Below are positions 25,486 through 28,097 of a DNA stretch of 28,097 nucleotides, piece by piece. The stretch spans positions 1 to 28,097 of the forward strand of contig JBBRLQ010000055.1 in the NCBI GenBank assembly GCA_038231275.1, given 5' to 3'. This DNA is from Polyangiales bacterium (GTDB taxonomy: Bacteria > Myxococcota_A > Polyangia > Polyangiales > Polyangiaceae). The notes below the pieces were generated by a model. It saw only the letters and a list, made by a program, of their open reading frames with translations, did not search any database and had not been told where the DNA came from. The position numbers were made by a program, and so were the translations under genes. Every line of letters begins with the position of its first letter. Within the stretch, counting starts at the first letter, position 1.

Positions 25486-26379
25486 TCAGGCGCCGGCGAG
25501 CGGGCCGCCCGGCGTCTTCGCGGGGACCTCGGCGCGGACGCGGTCGGCGCGCTGCGAGCGCTCGATCCCTTCGAGGCGCTTCTGCGTCTCGGCGCGGAAC
25601 GCCGCCAGCTCGGACAGCGCCTTCTCGATGTTGAGCTCGTTCTTCAGGTTCACGCGGTAGTCGTTCTCGGCCTGCGCGCGATCCTTCATCGTCTGGCGGT
25701 TCTGGCTCATGACGATGAGCGGCCCTTGGAGCGACACGAGGATGGCGAGGAGCAGGTTGAAGAAGACGAACGGGTACTCGTCGAAGGGGTGCGGCAGGAA
25801 TTTGTTGGTCCCGGCCCACGCGAGGGAGAGCGCGATCAAGAAGAGGATGAACGCCCAGCTGCCGTTCAGATCGGCCACTTTGTCGGCGAGCCTCTGCCCG
25901 AAGGTGAGGTTCTCTTCGATCTCTTTGACGACGTTGGCGGTCGCGCGCTGCGACAAGAGCGAGTTCGTCTCGCGCAGGCGCTCGGCCATCTCGCTCAAGA
26001 TGGCGATCGCCGCGGTCTTGCTGCGCCCGAGGTGCTCGCCCAGCTCTTCGCGCGTGAGCTCGAGGAGGACGGTCTCGGTCAGCGAGTCGACGCTCGCGGA
26101 GCGCGGCTTGTCGTCGAAGAGCGACAGCTCGCCGAAATACTCACCGGTGCGCACGTCCTTCAGAACGACGCGCTCGCCGCTTTTTTCCTCCGGCGGCAGG
26201 AAGATCTGCACCGAGCCAGAGAGGACCACGTACATCGACGAGCCGGCGTCCCCTTGCTTGAAGACGCTGGCGCCGGCCGCAAACTTTCGCTCGGCGAGGC
26301 GCTTGGCGAGCGCCTCCCGATCCTCGTCGGACAACCCCTCGAAGAGCGGGATTTGGGCCAGGAGATCCGCGTGCTGCAT
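25486..26379 (-). CDS. Cyclic-nucleotide-binding domain fused to a DUF1003 membrane domain
   Basis: IPLFEGL, VFKQGDAGSSMYVVLSG, GEYFGELSL..PRSASV. Then TFGQRLADKVA..GSWAFI, FDEYPFVFFNLLL, QGPLIVMSQNRQ. Confidence 0.92.
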   Translation of the reverse strand: MQHADLLAQIPLFEGLSDEDREALAKRLAERKFAAGASVFKQGDAGSSMYVVLSGSVQIFLPPEEKSGERVVLKDVRTGEYFGELSLFDDKPRSASVDSLTETVLLELTREELGEHLGRSKTAAIAILSEMAERLRETNSLLSQRATANVVKEIEENLTFGQRLADKVADLNGSWAFILFLIALSLAWAGTNKFLPHPFDEYPFVFFNLLLAILVSLQGPLIVMSQNRQTMKDRAQAENDYRVNLKNELNIEKALSELAAFRAETQKRLEGIERSQRADRVRAEVPAKTPGGPLAGA

Positions 26380-26495
26380 GCCGGGCGCCCATGGTCGCCG
26401 CAACCGCACGTGGAGGCAAGGGCCTCAGCCGTGGTCGGCCAGAGAGACGTCGTCCCCCACTACCAAAAGGCCCGTTTCGTGCGCATAGTAGGGAG

Positions 26496-26681
26496 GTGAC
26501 GCCGCAGTCTTCCGAGAGCTTCCGCGAGCACGGCCCATGGGCGATTCGCCCGCCGGGCACCGTCTTCGAGGCGCCGCGCGTCGATCCGGAGTCGCTCGAG
26601 GCCCCGCCGCCGCCGTCGAGCAACGGTCCCGCCGCCCTCCGCGGCGCCGCGCTCGCCGCTGCGCTGGCCAAGCTCGGCTAG
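26496..26681 (+). CDS. Possible small protein (61 aa)
   Basis: GTG 26496 lies 6 nt after CATAGT. Codons are GC3-rich. Translation: MTPQSSESFREHGPWAIRPPGTVFEAPRVD...LAAALAKLG. Confidence 0.4.
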   Translation: MTPQSSESFREHGPWAIRPPGTVFEAPRVDPESLEAPPPPSSNGPAALRGAALAAALAKLG

Positions 26682-26723
26682 CCTCGCCCACGGCCCCGCT
26701 CTGCTGCTAGCGTGCGGCCGTCC

Positions 26724-28097
26724 ATGCTCGTCGACACGAAAGACCCGGCGTTCCAGCAGCGGCGCACGCAGAACTGGGTCTTTCTCGGCCTCATGTACGC
26801 CATGTTCTACATGGGCCGGTACAACTTCTCGGCCGTCAACGCCCTCCTCGCCGACCGCTTCGGGTGGAGCAACACGGATCTCGGCAACATCATCTCCGCC
26901 GGCAAGATTTGCTACGGCGTCTCGGTCTTCCTGAACGGCCCAATCGCCGACCGCATCGGCGGCAAGCGCGCCATCCTCATCGGCGCGGGCGGCGCAGCGG
27001 TCTTCAATTTCCTCTTCGGCCTCGGGTCGCTCTTCCTCGTACAAGACGCGACGTGGTCGGCCGATCACAAGACGGTGCTGACGCCGGCGGTGCTCGAAGG
27101 CGGCATGCCGATGGGCACAGTGATCGCGAGCTTCGCGATCGTGTGGGCGCTCAATCACTACTTCCAGTCGTTCGGCGCGCTCTCGATCGTGAAGATCAAC
27201 GCGGCGTGGTTCCCGGTGAACGAGCGCGGATCCTTCGCCGGGATCTTCGGCATTATGATCCAGTCGGGTCGTACGCTCGCCTTCGCGGTGGGGCCGCTCA
27301 TCGCCGGAGCGTTGCCGTGGCGATGGGTCTTCTGGGTGCCGGCGCTCTTCCTCGTCGTCCTCATCTTCGTCGACAGCAAGATGGTCGCCGACTCGCCGGC
27401 CGACGCAGGCTTCGGCGAGCTCGAGACCGGCGACGAGGCTCCCGGCGAAGAGACCGGCGGCCTCGGCTACGTGCTCCGTCGCGTCTTCGCACGCCGCGAG
27501 ATGTGGCTCATCGCCGCGTCGTCGATGATGATCGGCTTCGTCCGCAACGGCACCGACGACTGGTTTCCCAAGTTTTTCGCGAACGTCTACCACGCGAAGC
27601 AGGCGGCCAGGAGCGTCAAGATGATCGCGATCAACGTCTCGGCGCTCGTCGCCAGCGTGCTCGTCATCGTCGCGCTCTTGCAGCTGAAGAAGCGCATCGA
27701 TCGCATCTCCACGTGGAGCGTCGAGAAGCGCTTCGCCGCGACGTTCTCGCTCGTCGGCGTCTTCTTCGGGCTCATCGGAATAGGCCTCTACTTCGCGCTC
27801 GGCGACATGAGCGACGACGTCCAGCGCGCCACCATCTGCCTCACGTTCGCGTCGGTGGCGATGCCGATCGCGAGCGTCTTCGGCGGGCTCGTCTCGGGCA
27901 ACATGAGCGACGTGCTCTTCGACAACCGGCGCGCGCCCGTCGTCTTCTTCGCGTTCGTGGGGATGGCGGCGACGCAGGTGCTCTTCCGCGTCGTGGGCGG
28001 CGGGCCGCTCTTCGCGGCGTGGATGATGGTGCTCCTCTCCTTCTTCATCCAGTCGGCGCACTCGATGGTGGGCGGGGCGGCGTCGATGGACTTCGGC
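26724..28097 (+). CDS. MFS transporter, GlpT/UhpC (OPA)-like, 3'-truncated
   Basis: Not in the ORF track because it runs off the edge; hand translation is open for 458 codons. Motifs YAMFYMGRYNFS, GPIADRIGGKR, YFQSFG, WFPVNERG, DSPADAGF, GFVRNGTDDW, SDVLFDNRRAP, AASMDFG. Confidence 0.9.
   Translation, partial: MLVDTKDPAFQQRRTQNWVFLGLMYAMFYMGRYNFSAVNALLADRFGWSNTDLGNIISAGKICYGVSVFLNGPIADRIGGKRAILIGAGGAAVFNFLFGLGSLFLVQDATWSADHKTVLTPAVLEGGMPMGTVIASFAIVWALNHYFQSFGALSIVKINAAWFPVNERGSFAGIFGIMIQSGRTLAFAVGPLIAGALPWRWVFWVPALFLVVLIFVDSKMVADSPADAGFGELETGDEAPGEETGGLGYVLRRVFARREMWLIAASSMMIGFVRNGTDDWFPKFFANVYHAKQAARSVKMIAINVSALVASVLVIVALLQLKKRIDRISTWSVEKRFAATFSLVGVFFGLIGIGLYFALGDMSDDVQRATICLTFASVAMPIASVFGGLVSGNMSDVLFDNRRAPVVFFAFVGMAATQVLFRVVGGGPLFAAWMMVLLSFFIQSAHSMVGGAASMDFG

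Noticed and set aside
3389..28061. Many long antisense or alternate-frame ORFs (e.g. 3389..6199, 9053..10948, 14926..16794, 17347..19008, 20688..22553, 26460..28061)
   Set aside because: Arg/Ala/Gly-rich shadow ORFs expected at this GC content. Each overlaps a gene with recognisable motifs.

Overview
High-GC chromosomal segment, most likely from a Myxococcota (Polyangiaceae/Labilithrix-like) bacterium. That assignment is inferred from a MYXO-CTERM protease, an AgmX/PglI-like C-terminal domain and many lipoproteins with DAG/DGG-rich linkers. Housekeeping and metabolic genes: plant/chlamydia-type fabI, Thermus-like serS, tRNA-Cys(GCA), tryptophan 2,3-dioxygenase, a crotonase and an OPA-family MFS transporter. 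Regulators: an ECF sigma factor behind a sigma54-type promoter, an orphan PAS histidine kinase and a cNMP-binding/DUF1003 protein. There is also a dense set of exported proteins. Most notable: (1) at the left edge, the 5' end of a probable four-helix-bundle gene whose RBS and start codon sit in a 21-bp perfect inverted repeat, next to a second hairpin and an ACCRCG microsatellite; (2) a lipoprotein with a Pro/Thr stalk, a Cys-rich module and a C-terminal Hint autoprocessing domain; (3) two PHI-1/EXORDIUM-like HExxE lipoproteins; (4) a lipoprotein gene with a complete signal peptide but no in-frame canonical start codon. All family assignments come from motif recognition; no database search was run.
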